Shown: in pieces, positions 31,750-46,869 of the stretch
How positions within the stretch are numbered: the first letter of the stretch is position 1
Layout: each line of letters begins with the position of its first letter
DNA from: the human T2T-CHM13v2.0 reference genome, Homo sapiens
Strand: one strand, 5' to 3'
DNA: 64,000 bases
Assembly: GCF_009914755.1 (NCBI RefSeq)
Contig: NC_060939.1
Position numbers and translations under genes: made by a program
Notes under the pieces: generated by a model
Databases searched by the model: none
Seen by the model: the letters and a program-made list of their open reading frames with translations, nothing else
Told to the model about the DNA's origin: nothing

Positions 31750-33930
31750 AAAGCATCTGTGATAATCTACAAGTTGAAACAGTTCCTCTTCCTCCACAGC
31801 ACCTACCACCTCCACTCTCCATGCTCCCCACTGATTAAAAGCAGTCACTCTCTTCGATGTCTTCACACTTTAGTTCCTGCCCCAGTGTCACTCTGTCCAG
31901 CTATACCTCTCTTAGTTCTCGGTAATTTCAAAATCCTCAGAAAGGTTCTTTACAGCACCATAGCCTCCTGCTAGTTCCTTGACCTCCTCTCAACCTCAAC
32001 TGCTTATTCCACAGTCACACCCTCAACCTCACCATTACCAACGACTGCAAACCCTCTCTAGTCACAGGGTAGACCGTCACGCTCTCCAACCATCTTCTCT
32101 CCCATCTTTCCAGCTCACTCCCTCTATTCATCCCAACTTCAGCAATCCTTTAACCCCCACAGGACCTATAATCCACTGATTCTACCAACTTCTTCCCATC
32201 CTACACTCATCATATCCTCTCTTCCTTCCTTCCACATAGATGAAATTACTAAATCACTCCGTTGCACACATCCTCAACAATCTTAAATTCTCTTGCTTTG
32301 TGGTACTTGCTTAGAAAAACTACAGCCTCCAGTTAAGCTCAACTCTTCCTATTCCGTGCCTGTACTACTTGGTTTTCTCCATGGCTGTAGAAAAAACATA
32401 CAATGCTCACTTTAAACTTATGGCCATGAACTTTATGTGGGCCCTTAATGCTGCAGGGCACTCATGCTGCATTTCCATAGTCCTTCCAGACTCCCATGCT
32501 CTTTCATGACTATTTCATCTCCCCTCCTCCATGCTCACTCTTAGCCAATGGCATCGCTTACTTTGTTACTAACAAATGGAAGTTAGCAGAAGATAACTTT
32601 TTTAAAGCCCCCATCAGCACATCTACCCAACATTTGTACATATATAACTTTCTGCGCTCCCATGCAAGGCAAATCCCTCTGCCAGTGCACTAGCACCCAA
32701 CCCCTCTCATACACTTAAGCAGTTCTTCCACTTTCCTAAACTGTTTCCCCTTCTCTACAGGATCAGTCCCATCTGTATGCAAACATGCCATTTTTTCCCT
32801 CTCATCTAAAAAATAACAAAAACAAAATCTAACACTACCTACCCCTCCAGCTAATGCACCACTTTTCAGCTCCCATTGTAATAAAACTCCTCAAAACTCT
32901 TTTCCATACTGTCCAACTTTTCTCCTCCCATTCTTTCTTAAACCCACCCTAAAGAGGCTTTCACCCCTACTATCTCACTCAAACTACTCTTGTCAAGGTC
33001 ACCAATGACCTGCACATTGCTAACTCCAATAAGTTAATTTTCAGTCCCTATTGTACTTGACTCGTCAGGTGGCTGTGACACAGCTAACACTCCTTTGAGA
33101 AACTATGAGATATCTCTACTTACAGAACTTTTGATCTTCTCCCCTAAACCTGCTCTACCCACAGGTTTACAGTTTAATGGCAACTCTCTCTTGCAAGCTG
33201 TTCAATCCAGAAACATTAGAATTATCTTTGACTTTGTTCTTTCATGGCCCATAGACCATCCTCCATTAATCAATTGGGCTCTAACCTGCAAAATACATTG
33301 AAAATATAATTACTTACTATTCCCAATGCTACCACTCTGATCCAAGCCACCACTGTTAAACAACAAATAATCAATCACAGAGGACTTGGTATGTGCCAGA
33401 CACTCTTCTAGGTGCTTAGGATACATCAGTTGACAGTAAAGAACTTAAATCCTAGTGGCAGGAAACAGAATGCCATAGCTATTACTTACTGGATCACTGC
33501 AATAGTCTCTTAACTGGTATCCCTGCTGCCACCCTACCTGCCTACATTCTACTCTTAACAGAACAGCCAGAGTGACTCTGTTAAAACATAAGTGAGACTA
33601 CATCACTCCTCTGCTCAAACATGACACAATCTACCTCATCTATAGTTAAAGCCAAAGCCATAGAATGGCCTTATGTATCTGCCTACCTCCCCACCCCAAA
33701 TCAGGTCTCTGACCCTATTTCCAAGTACTCTGCCCCTCGCTCACTCCAGTCCAGCCACCCTGGCCTTCTTGTTGTCCCTCAAATGCATCAGATCTACCTC
33801 AGGGCCTTTAGATATGCTATTCCTTTTGCTGGGTATATTCTTCTTCCTGCTATCCACATGGCTTGCTCCCTGACTTCCTTCAAAAGCTTTCTCAACCACC
33901 ACCTCCTCAGTGAAGCCTATGCTGACAACT
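31750..33930 (+). mobile_element. Long degenerate L2 element
   Basis: C/T-rich L2 motifs (CTCTTGTCAAGGTCACCAATGACCT, CAGCCAGAGTGA, ATCACTCCTCTGCTCAAA). Confidence 0.65.
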
Positions 33931-34510
33931 CTACTAGGAAAACTGGCAATCTCTTCTTAATATACTCAAACCTACCAGTATTCTAACAATTTTGTTTTTT
34001 CCTTGGACACACTTTTCTTGGACTCCTCCACTTTCGTGCTTCCAAATGGTCTGACAGGTGGACAGTCATTCTGCAAATTCCCTTTATCATTATCCTCAAG
34101 ACTCTCTTTGCCTCTCTCCAGTGTCAGACTATTTCCTACATACCATTCTTTTGTGGTCTATTGAAGTACATCTCCATAGGCTTCCTTAGAAAAGGTACAT
34201 GAGAGGTAATCTTTTCAGACTTCACAGGTTTGAAAATGTCTCCATTCCACCCTATTATTTGGATATAGAATTCTAAATTGCAAATCACCCTTTTCATAGA
34301 ATTCTGAGGGCATGATTTTAATGACTTCAAGCTTTCAGTATTATTGATGTCTGATGTCATTATGATGACTTATTGTTTTTACATGTGAAATGTATGTTCT
34401 TTCTCAAAGTTTTCACAATGTTCTCTTTATCACCAATGTTCCAAAATTTCATGATGATATGCCTCTGTGTGTGGGTCTTTTTCATTGACTGTACTGGATA
34501 CTAGATGAAT

Positions 34511-34845
34511 CCAGTGGTGCGCTGATAAAGGTTTAATTTTTCTTGGGGGAAAAAAGCCATGATTTGTAGTGCTTCCTGCTTTCTGTGGTGTAAATCTTCC
34601 TGCCAAGGTACCAATGTGACATTACTCAATGTGCAGTTGCCAAGAGAAGAGCTGTAGCACCTTATTATATAGTATTTACACCATATAGATAAAATAGATG
34701 CAAAAACCACAAGAGCCTAAGTAACAGTAAAATCGGAAATAATTTGGAAATAAGTTTTAATAACGACTTTGTTTAACAATCAGCTTGCAAAAATTCCTGA
34801 AAGTTTAACAGTCAGATCTCATGAGCCAGGACAAGCCAGCTCCAG
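34511..34845. mobile_element. MER63-like hAT element
   Basis: CCAGTGGTGCGCTG start and TTTCTGTGGTGTAAAT motif. Confidence 0.55.
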
Positions 34846-35101
34846 AACTGGATGGTCCTGCCAATCTAAAAATTCATGTTCTTCAGTCCTGGGAATCTAT
34901 CCCATTATTTCTCCACTTTGTGTTCTCCACTGCTTCTTCAGGAATTAGACAGATATTTGGCCTCCTAGGCAGGTACTCTATTTTTTTTTTAAATGTTTCT
35001 CTTCTAGGTCCCTTCTCTTATCTATTTACTCTACTTTTTTGGAGAGTTCCTCCACTACATCTAACACATTTTAAATTTCCAAAAGTTTCTCATTGTTCTA
35101 G

Positions 35102-35420
<319 letters not shown>

Positions 35421-35470
35421 GGAATGTTCCTGTTTTTATACTTTCAATTGATTCAGCGAATGTAACATTG

Positions 35471-35776
35471 TTTTTTTTTTCTTCTTCTTTTTTTTTTTTT
35501 GAGATAGGGTCTTACTTTGTCACCTACTCTGGAATGCAGTAGCTTGATCTCGGTTCACTGCAACCTCCGCCTTCCAGGCTCAAGCAATCTTCCTGCCTCA
35601 GCCCCTCCAAGTAGCTGAGCCGACAGGCGCATGCCACCACACCCAGCTAATTTTTTTGTTTTTTCGGAGACCAGCCATGTTACCCAGGCTGGTCTTGAAC
35701 TCCTGAGCTCAAGCGATCAGTCCACGCCAACCTCCCAAAGTGCTGGGATAAAAGGCATAAGCCACCATGCCAGACC
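35471..35776 (-). mobile_element. Alu (J-type)
   Basis: Diverged Alu dimer. Confidence 0.85.
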
Positions 35777-36009
35777 TGTTTCCTTACTCTTTATTCTTTA
35801 TTCTGTTTGTTTTGTGTTGGTCACTTTTAGGATAAAGGCTTTCCTGAAATGACTCATGATCCTTGGTGACCATTTTTATTCTTGAACATTTATTTTGACC
35901 TATAAGGGTCCCAATTTCATTGATTTTTACCAAAAGATTGCTGGGAAAAGATTACTATAAAATTTAGCATTTAGAACCATGTGTTCACAAGAATTAAAAA
36001 AAAATTTCA

Positions 36010-37553
36010 GCTCCCTCTCACTCTTGTCTCCCCTTTCCACGGTCTCCCTCTCCCTCTTCTCCCCTTTACACAGTCTCCCTCTGATGCCAAGCCGAGGCTG
36101 AACTGTACTGCCGCCATCTCGGCTCACTGCAACCTCCCTGCCTGATTCTCCTGCCTCAGTCTACCGAGTGCCTGGGATTGCAGGCGCGCACCGCCACGCC
36201 TGACTGGTTTTTGTATTTTTTGGCAGAGACGGGGTTTTGCTGTGTTGGCCGGGCTGGTCTCCAGCTCCTGACCGCGAGTGATCTGCCCGCCTCGGCCTCC
36301 CGAGGTGCTGGGATTGCAGACAGAGTCTCGCTCACTCAGTGCTCAATCTTGCCCAGGCTGGAGTGCAGTGGCGTGATCTCCGCTCGCTACAACCTCCACC
36401 TCCCAGCCGCCTGCCTTGGCCTCCCAAAGTGCCGAGATTGCAGCCTCTGCCCGGCCGCCACCCCGTCTGGGAAGTGAGGAGCGTCTCTGCCTGGCCGCCC
36501 ATCGTCTGGGATGTGAGGAGCCCCTCTGCCCGGCTGCCCAGTCTGGAAAGTGAGGAGCGTCTCCACCCGGCCGCCATCCCATCTAGGAAGTGAGGAGCGC
36601 CTCTTCCCAGCCGCCATCACATCTAGGAAGTGAGGAGCGTCTCTGCCCGGCCGCCCATCGTCTGAGATGTGGGGAGCGCTTCTGCCCCGCCGCCCCATCT
36701 GGGATGTGAGGAGTGCCTCTGCCCGGCCGCCCCGTCGGGGATGTAAGGAGCGCCTCTGTCCGGCCGCGACCCCGTCTGGGAACTGAGGAGTGTCTCTGCC
36801 CCACCGCCAGCCCGTCTGGGAGGTGAGGAGCATCTCTGCCTGGCCGCCCCATCTGAGAAGTGAGGAGCCCCTCCGCCTGGCAGCCGCCCCATCTGGGAAG
36901 TGAGGAGCGTCTCCGCCCAGCAGCTGCCCAGTCCAAGAGGTGGGGGGCAGCCCCTGCCTGGCCACCGCCCCGTCCGGGAGGTGGGGGGCGCCTCTGCCCG
37001 GCTGCCCCGTCTGGGAAGTGAGGAGCCCCTCTGCCCAGCCGCCACCCCATCTGGGAGGAGTACCCAACAGCTCATTGAGAATGGGCCATGATGACGATGG
37101 CGGTTTTGTCGAATAGAAAAGGGGGAAATGTGGGGAAAAGAAAGAGAGATCAGATTGTTACTGTGTCTGTGTGGAAAGAGGTAGACATGGGAGACTCCAT
37201 TTTGTTCTGTACTAAGAAAAATTCTTATCCTGTTGATCTGTGACCTTACCCCCAACCCTGTGCTCTCTGAATCATGTGCTGTGTCCACTCAGGGTTAAAT
37301 GGATTAAGGGCGGTGCAAGATGTGCTTTGTTAAACAGATGCTTGAAGGCAGCATGCTCCTTAAGAGTCATCACCACTCCCTAATCTCAAGTACCCAGGGA
37401 CACAAACACTGCGGAAGGCCACAGGGTCCTCTGCCTAGGAAAACCAGAGACCCTTGTTCACATGTTTATCTGCTGACCTTCCCTCCACTATTGTCCTATG
37501 ACCCTGCCAAATCCCCCTCTCCAAGAAACACCCAAGAATGATCAATAAATACT
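36010..37553 (+). mobile_element. SVA retrotransposon, antisense in DET1 intron 3
   Basis: Degenerate CCCTCT head, antisense Alu-like domain, GC-rich VNTR (~36440-37060), SINE-R (env piece plus LTR5-derived part from 37129), AATAAA; flanks share ATTAAAAAAAAATTT. Confidence 0.95.
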
Positions 37554-38239
37554 ATTAAAAAAAAATTTTTCAATGTATATATACATTATATTTTCAATGT
37601 AGCAAAGTATGATTAGTGGTCAACAAAATATGTTAGCATACAATTCTGTTGGGGAGACAGAAGAGACATATAAATTTGAGAATCAGAAGAAACAATGTAA
37701 AATTCCCAATTATGGGTATAATTTGCTGTGAATTTTTCATATAAAATACTTGAATACCAAATTACTACGGTAATTAGCATCCTTTTGTTATATTTTAAAG
37801 TGTTGGAATAACTTTAAGTATCAATGTTTAATATCCACTGAAAATAGCATCCTCTGCAACTGCTTAAATTTAGTAGTAACAGGAAAAAAAAATTTAAAAA
37901 TCGACTTAAAAATATGTGAGGGTACCCCCAATTTTTCAAAATCTTTTGGTGGTACAGTAAAATTCTGAAGATCACTGAGCTGGAATATACAACCTTTCTC
38001 CTCAGTTTTTTCTGGAGCTTTCTGTAATTTTGTTTAATTCCAGATGTATTCTGAAATAATTTTTGGAAAACAGAGTTCCTTCTAATTCCTGGATAACTTC
38101 ATTCATTCAGCAAATACCTACAGAGCTCCTCCCACAGGGCAGACACTGGCCTTGGTGTTGTGGATATGGCAGTAGACATAACAGACAAAATCCCTGCCCT
38201 CATGGAGCTTATCATCTAGTGACTTCTTTGATGTTTTGA

Positions 38240-38575
<336 letters not shown>

Positions 38576-40198
38576 CTGTTACTTGTTAATTATCTGCTTA
38601 ATTTTGAAGCAAATTTTAAAAGAAAATTCATCCCAAAATGAAAAAAAGCAAAATCTGACCCATGTTCTGCATCTAAAAATTCTTCTATACTGAAGAGATA
38701 CTAAGGCAGAAGATTTGTGTGAACCAAAGAAAAAGGAAAACGCAAGACAGTTGTCTGAATTCAATAGCCATCTATCTGTAATTGAGTACTATCTTTTTAT
38801 ATAAACATGATGCCACTGCATTAAGAGATATGTTTTTCCCAGTGGCAGTAATGCTTATTCTGATTCATCCACTCACTGTGGTCTGATCTATCTTTGGACC
38901 TAAAACAGGTATTTTCCATTACTGTCTAAAGTAAGGGAAACAATTTAAGGATGTGAAATATGATGAGGCACTGTCTAACTAAAGTAGGATTTAATTTAGG
39001 CCCTTGGCCCAAAGGAACCATTTGTTTCATAATAATGCACTATGGCAATTATCAGAAGCTCTGGCTCATAGGAGGGCCTTGCTGACTGTGGGGTATATAT
39101 TTAGGGTGACCTAAGTGATTTGTAAAGGGACTCCAGGTGTCAATATATGTAAATCTCCTCTTTGTGTTGGTCAGTTTTCCTAGGGAAGAATCTCTAACCT
39201 CCTGCCTGGAGAGTACAAGCCTGGATGCCATATCTGGGAAGGGGGATAGGACTCCTACCCTTCAGTATGTCAACTTTCACCTAATTCCTGTTTTTAGCAT
39301 AACATGTCTCATCCCTACTTTTAGATATACCTCATGAACTTGAGACCAGAGCCCATCTGGTTCAATCTGTTCAGAGAATAAACTTCCAGCCTTTTGCAGA
39401 GGTAAAAGAAGAGATAGTCACTTGGCTATGTAGACCTAGAAAAGGGATCTAGAGGGTCTGACTGCTCCTTTTAAGAACTTTACCAATCCTCCTCATTTCA
39501 GCCTACCTCACAGATACCTTCAGAAGTATTTTCAGAGGCACCTGGGACCTCCAACTTCCTGACCCTTTCCCAAGTTATCTGGTGTAAGGCAGCTTGTTTC
39601 TTGATGACTTAGCTCTGCAGCCTTGAGTTTCTGCTCTCTGAGGTATGCTAAGTCAGTTCTCATTCATTCACTGGCTTTTCAGCTTTTAAAACTTTGTTAA
39701 TATGTCCTATCTCCCATCATCTCCTCTCCTATTCTCTTTGTTCTTACAGAACAAAGAGTTCTATACTTTGTTTATACCTCTAATGTTTATACCTCTTATT
39801 CCTTTATTGTCATTTGAGTGGGACTTAGGGATGGAGCAAAGATAAATACATGTGTTCAACATATCATGTTTAACCAAAAGTTTCTAAAATGATTTTCTTA
39901 TTCATTCAATAAACATAAGTGCTTGACAGTGTACCACTGAAGATATAGCAATACATGAAGACACAGCCTCTGTCTTTCTGCAGCTCACATGCAGTCTAGA
40001 AAGAATCACAGACAATGCACAAATAATTCTACAGGTGCTGAGACAGAAAGAAGTTCAGGAAGAAACAAGGGGTTATAATAAGCAGAATAACCAAAGCTAT
40101 GTGGACAGACAGAATAAGAGGTTTCCTAGAGACAACAGCTATTGGCCTAACACCAATTTTTCTAAAGAAAAGACTGTTGAGTCTGGTGGAACAGCTTA

Positions 40199-40447
<249 letters not shown>

Positions 40448-40494
40448 TTAGCACTTATTACTTGGCTGAAAATTCAAGGCATGAATTTTCCAAA

Positions 40495-40523
40495 AACAAC
40501 AACAACAACAACAACAACAACAA
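40495..40523. repeat. (AAC)n microsatellite
   Basis: About 9 AAC units ~110 nt upstream of the exon 3 acceptor. Confidence 0.9.
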
Positions 40524-43220
40524 GCAAACACCTCGGCTTTACCACTAAGGTGGAAACATGGCTCCAAGTGGTTCTGGGAAAATAGGAAGCAACAGTGGGA
40601 TTTATCAACTGAGAGCCTCAATGTTGCCAGATTTTCCACTGTATCTGTGCTGCTAGAATTACTGAGATGGCCAGCATATAAGTATAAAAAGGTTTTAAAT
40701 TTTCATTTCAAACTGTGCAAATTCAATATTTTTCCTTCCAAGTGTTTATTCCCTACTCGCTCCCCAACCCACCCTGAAATAAAAAGCACTTCTTAAAATG
40801 CCAGATTTAATTTTCTTTCCTGCTGAAAAAGTGATTTGCAGCCTGGAGCTGCCTGTTGGCAAATTATTTTCTCTTGTAAGTGTACAGTTGAAAGTTCAAT
40901 TTAGGGGTATTTATTTTTCCCTCTTAATATTTCTAACATGCAGAGAGACACCTTAAGTACATCGAGTTCTAAACTGCCCTGGCAAGTTGTATACAAGCAG
41001 GGTACTGCTGAACAAATGAAAAATCAGATAGGCGTTTTCCACTTTTTTCCTCATAAATGTTCTTTCAGCCAAGAGCATTTGTAAAACACATTTGAGATTT
41101 GTAGCAATTAAGATCAGAGGGTGAACCTGAAAAGCATTCAAATGCCATAGGTGGCAGAGTTACTGCTTTTTCTAAATGGGCCCCTTGGTGGCTAGCCCTC
41201 TTCCTTTAAACCTCCAGTGATCTGCTCTGCCTAACAAGGAAGCTCCAAGAACCCCTAATTTTTGTTACAGTGAATGTAGCAGTGTGAATCAACTACTTCT
41301 GACAGGACTCTAGAAGTTCTCAGACCACTAGGATTAGTACTCCAGCCTCCTATGATTGAGTTTAAATCTCCATTACCAATTTCTGGAGCCATTCGACCCA
41401 CCTGTTTTACTAGTAATTAGTCCTTCTCAGAGCTTATATTACATGGCTTTTGCAGTCACCTGCAAATTAAATTTGGCTGTAAATTAAAGAGGCTAGAGGG
41501 TAACCTGAGAATAGTACTCATAATATTACCGAGGCCTTGTGTTTGGATGTACTTTTTACTTATTAATCTTATTGGAACCTATCAAATTAAACTGGAGGAG
41601 GAGAGCAAAGGACAACTGGGGCAGAAAGATTGGGTTTAGAGTTACAAACTGTGTAAGCAAAGCATAGAACCCAGTTATGTCATTAGCTACAACTTATTGT
41701 ACCTACCAGAAAAAACTAGGCCACCTTTTAGCAAAGAAGAAAAGGATAATCTCAAAGGCAGCAGTCACAGACAACTTATTCCCTCCAAAATAAAAAGGTA
41801 ATTATAGCTCAAACCTAAACAAAAGATTGATTCATGTCCTTTCTATGGCCCTGGACAACACTTTGATCCTATCAGGGTTTCACCAGAATCTCTCATAATT
41901 ACATGGATATAGAATTACTCAAACATTTACTAGCCTTCCCTCCAAGGCAGACTGGGAAATAAAGAACAGGAGAGTAGAGAAGTCAAGGACTTGACTGCAG
42001 GATCCCATGATGCATAAGATGAACCAGATGCTCACCCATGATTGCTCAATGGGTGACTTCATCATTGATAGGGAAGAAAAAAAATCCACAACAAATGATC
42101 TCTAACCATATTACTCCCCTACTTCTTTTTAGAACACATAAACTACAATTCAGAAGGAAAATGTTAGAAGATATTTTACCACAGGTAGCTGGTGAGGTTT
42201 TAGGACACGATACCCTGTACAGAATCTGTTAATGGTAGAATCAGCTACAGGTCAATAAGAGATACCAAACTCAGTTGACTTCGTGGTTTACTGATTTGCT
42301 GGTTGTTCTGAATTTCCAAACTAGTGTCTAAGGAGACAATCTGCAAACAGGAGAATGGGGAGACATAGGTGTAGAAAGGTAGTTGTCTAACTTGGTCAAC
42401 ACTGAAGTGGAGAGGTTTTCAAAGACAAATGCCCAAATTACCCTTAATTTCAACATAGTTTTTCAATCCCCAAATCTTAGCAGTTCTGTGCTCTTTATAT
42501 CACCTTATTCCCTTTTGGGAAATGCTTCTTCCCCCTACTGAAAGAAAGGCATTCTTCCCCCAAACTGAAAAACCTTTAAGATTTGCTGTCCTGATGACTC
42601 TCCTCACGGATCATAAATTTCAGCTTCCTTTTGACCTCTTCACTGCTCTACAACCTATGTCCCAGCATGTGGGCAAGGTCAGGGTAAAGTCACAAAACTT
42701 AATTCTGCCAAATGAATGCACTTATTAGTTACCTTATAAATAGGACTTTATAGTACTTTACAGAGAAGTAAATTGACATTAACCATTTAAGGATGAAAGT
42801 GGGGTTACTTAGAGAATTTTCTTTTTGGTATGGTGTACTCATTCTCATTGCCAGAACTAAAACAGCCAGACCAATAATACAGTCTTACAAAATCAAGGGA
42901 GGTTATCCATAAGTAGTCCAAACCTTGACCTTGTAGCATTTGGGCTTCCATCTCATGAGTACTGAAAATACTCTGCAGAAGAGTTAGGGTAGTAATCAGA
43001 GGTGACTATCTTCCTGTCAATGACTTGAACTTTAGCTTCCATTTGTCCAGATAAATACATATGACCAGAGAAAAATGGAGCTGATTTTAAGTTTGGGCCC
43101 TAGGATATCAATTCAGACTACGTGAAATGTCTATTTCTGAGGGGTGGGCTATAAACAAACAGAGAAACCTTCCCATTTTGCCAAGGAGATTAGACAAGTA
43201 AAAGGCAGGAGTGTACCTCA

Positions 43221-44360
<1,140 letters not shown>

Positions 44361-44620
44361 TTACCAAAATATAAATATATACAAGTGAAACAGATTTCTC
44401 TTCTTATATCCTGAACCTAGGAGCTCCCAAGATGACAGTGACTGGCATTACTACTTCCCAGATTATACTGAGTAAGTGGTCCTAACATTTCTAAGTCTAG
44501 AAACAGGTCTAAGGGAAGGATCTAGTTCACTAGGAATACCTTCCAAGTATGCTCAGCTGTTGGGAAAGTTCAACAGAAAAAAACCTACAACTACAAATTT
44601 GAACAGTATAAGACACATTC

Positions 44621-44922
44621 GGCTGGGCGCAGTGGCTCACACCTGTAATCCCAACACTTTGGGAGGCCGAAGCAAGTGGATCACCTGAGCTCACTAGTTC
44701 AAGCCCAGCCTGGAAAACATGGCAAAACCCTGTCTCTACAAAAAAATATAAAAATTAGCTAGGCATGGTGGCACATGACTGTAGTTCCAGCTACTTGAGA
44801 GGCTGAAGTGGAAGGATTGTTTAAGCTTGGATCATCGAAGCTGCAATAAGCCGTGGTCACAACACTGCACTCCAGCCTGGGCAACAGAGTGAGACTCTAT
44901 CTCAAACAAACAAACAAAAAAA
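44621..44922 (+). mobile_element. Alu (J-type)
   Basis: Alu dimer plus (CAAA)n tail. Confidence 0.9.
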
Positions 44923-44959
44923 TCATATTCAATGTGCATTCATTCCAGCAAAAAATATT

Positions 44960-46735
44960 TATTGGGCTGTTAAGATATCCATATTACCCAAAATAATCTA
45001 CAGATTCAATACAAACCCTATCAAAATCCTAATAGCACTTTTCACAAAGATAAAAAATTCATCCTAAAATTCATATGGTATCTCAAGGGCCTCCAAATAC
45101 ACAAAATAATTTTGAAAAAGAACAAAGAGGATTCAAGCCTCTTGATTTCAAAATATATTACAAACCACAGTAATCAAAAAATTGTGGTACTGGATAAAGA
45201 CAGACACAGACCAATGAAATGGCCCACAGATAAACTCTGGCATATATGGTTAAACAATCTTTGATAAGGTCCTACTACTACTCAATAGAAAAAGGACAGT
45301 CACTTCAACAAATGGTGTTGGGAAAACTGAATAGCCACATGCAAAAGAATGAAGTCAGACCCTATCTTACACCCTATACAAAAATTAACCCAAAATAGGA
45401 AAAGGATCTAAATATAAGACCCATAACTATAAAACTACTAGAAGAAAATACAGGAGGAAAGCTTCATGACATCAGATCTGGCAGTGATTTCTTGGATAAG
45501 ACACAAAAGGCATAGGCGACCAAGACAAAAATAGACAAATGGGAATACATCAAACTTAAAACTTCTGTGATCAAAGGACACAATCAACCGAGTGAAAGGG
45601 CTTTCTACAGAATGGAAGAAAATATTTGCAAATCATATATTGGATAAAGGGTTAATATCTAGAACATATAAAGAACTCCTATAACTCAATAACAAAAAAT
45701 CATATACCCAATTTTAAAATGGTCAAAGTACTGGAACAGACATTTCTCCTATACAAATGGCCACAAAGCATATGAAAAGATAGATGCTCAACATCACTAA
45801 TCATCAGAGAAATGTAAATCAAAACTACAATGGGATATCACCTCACACCCATTAGAACGACTGCTTTTTTTAAAAAAAGAAAATGACAAGTTTCATTGAG
45901 GACATAGAGGAAGTTGAACCCTTGTGCATTGTTGGTGGAACTGAAAAATAGTACAGCTACTAAGGAAAACAGTATGAAGGTTCCTTGAAGAAAATTAGAA
46001 CTACCATAAGATCCAACAATTCTACTTCTGGGTATAAATCCAAAATAACTGAAAGCAGGATTTCTAAGAGATATTTGCACACCCATGTTCATATCAGCGC
46101 TATTCATAGTAGTCAAGAGATGGAAGCAACCCAAAAGTTCACTGATGGATGAGTGGATAAACAAAATATGGTATATACACACAAAGGAATATTACTCGGC
46201 CTTCAAAAGGAAGAAAATTCTGACATATGCTACATCACTGAAACTTGAGGACATTATGTGAAGTCAAATAAGCCAATCACAAACAGACAAATACTGTATG
46301 ATTCCACTTAAATGAAGTATCAAACGTAATCAAATTTAACAGCCAGGTGCCATAGCACACACCTGTAATCCCAGCTACTTGGGAGGCTGAGGTGGACCAC
46401 TTGAGCCCAGGAGTTTGAGTCTAGCTTGGGCAACAGAGCAAGACCCAATCTCTAAAAAAAAAAAAAAAAAAAAAAAATTAATGTAAAATACTTATCATTA
46501 AAAAAAGAAAAAGGAATCAAATTCACAGAAACAAAGAAGAATGGTGGTCACCAGGGACTAGCAGGAGGGGAAAGAGAAGGTGCTGTTGAATGGGTTAGAC
46601 TTTTCAGATTTTCAAGATGAAAAACTTCTCGAGATCAATTTCACAATGTGAATATACTTAATACTACTGAACTGTACACTTACAATCAGTTAAGACGGTA
46701 AATGTTAGGCTATTTTAAAATCACAATAAAAATAT
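44960..46735 (+). mobile_element. L1MB-type 3' portion with an inserted Alu monomer (46341-46478)
   Basis: Degenerate ORF2 end (CTTCAACAAATGGTGTTGGGAAAACTG; GGAAGCAACCCAA) and 3' UTR. Confidence 0.85.
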
Positions 46736-46869
46736 GTTTTAATATTTATGGGGCATCTATTATATGGCAAAGTCTTCTAATTGTTTTATTATACCTTGAT
46801 TCAAATCAAAGTTAAATCACAGGCCATAAAAGTCAACGGCATTTAGTGAAAAACTTAAGTTATAAAGCT

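Noticed and set aside
36178-37288. Long overlapping ORFs (up to 226 aa) and a CRISPR-like repeat/spacer look
   Set aside because: These are the GC-rich VNTR of an SVA: degenerate tandem units with no unique spacers and no cas genes, and stop-poor by composition.
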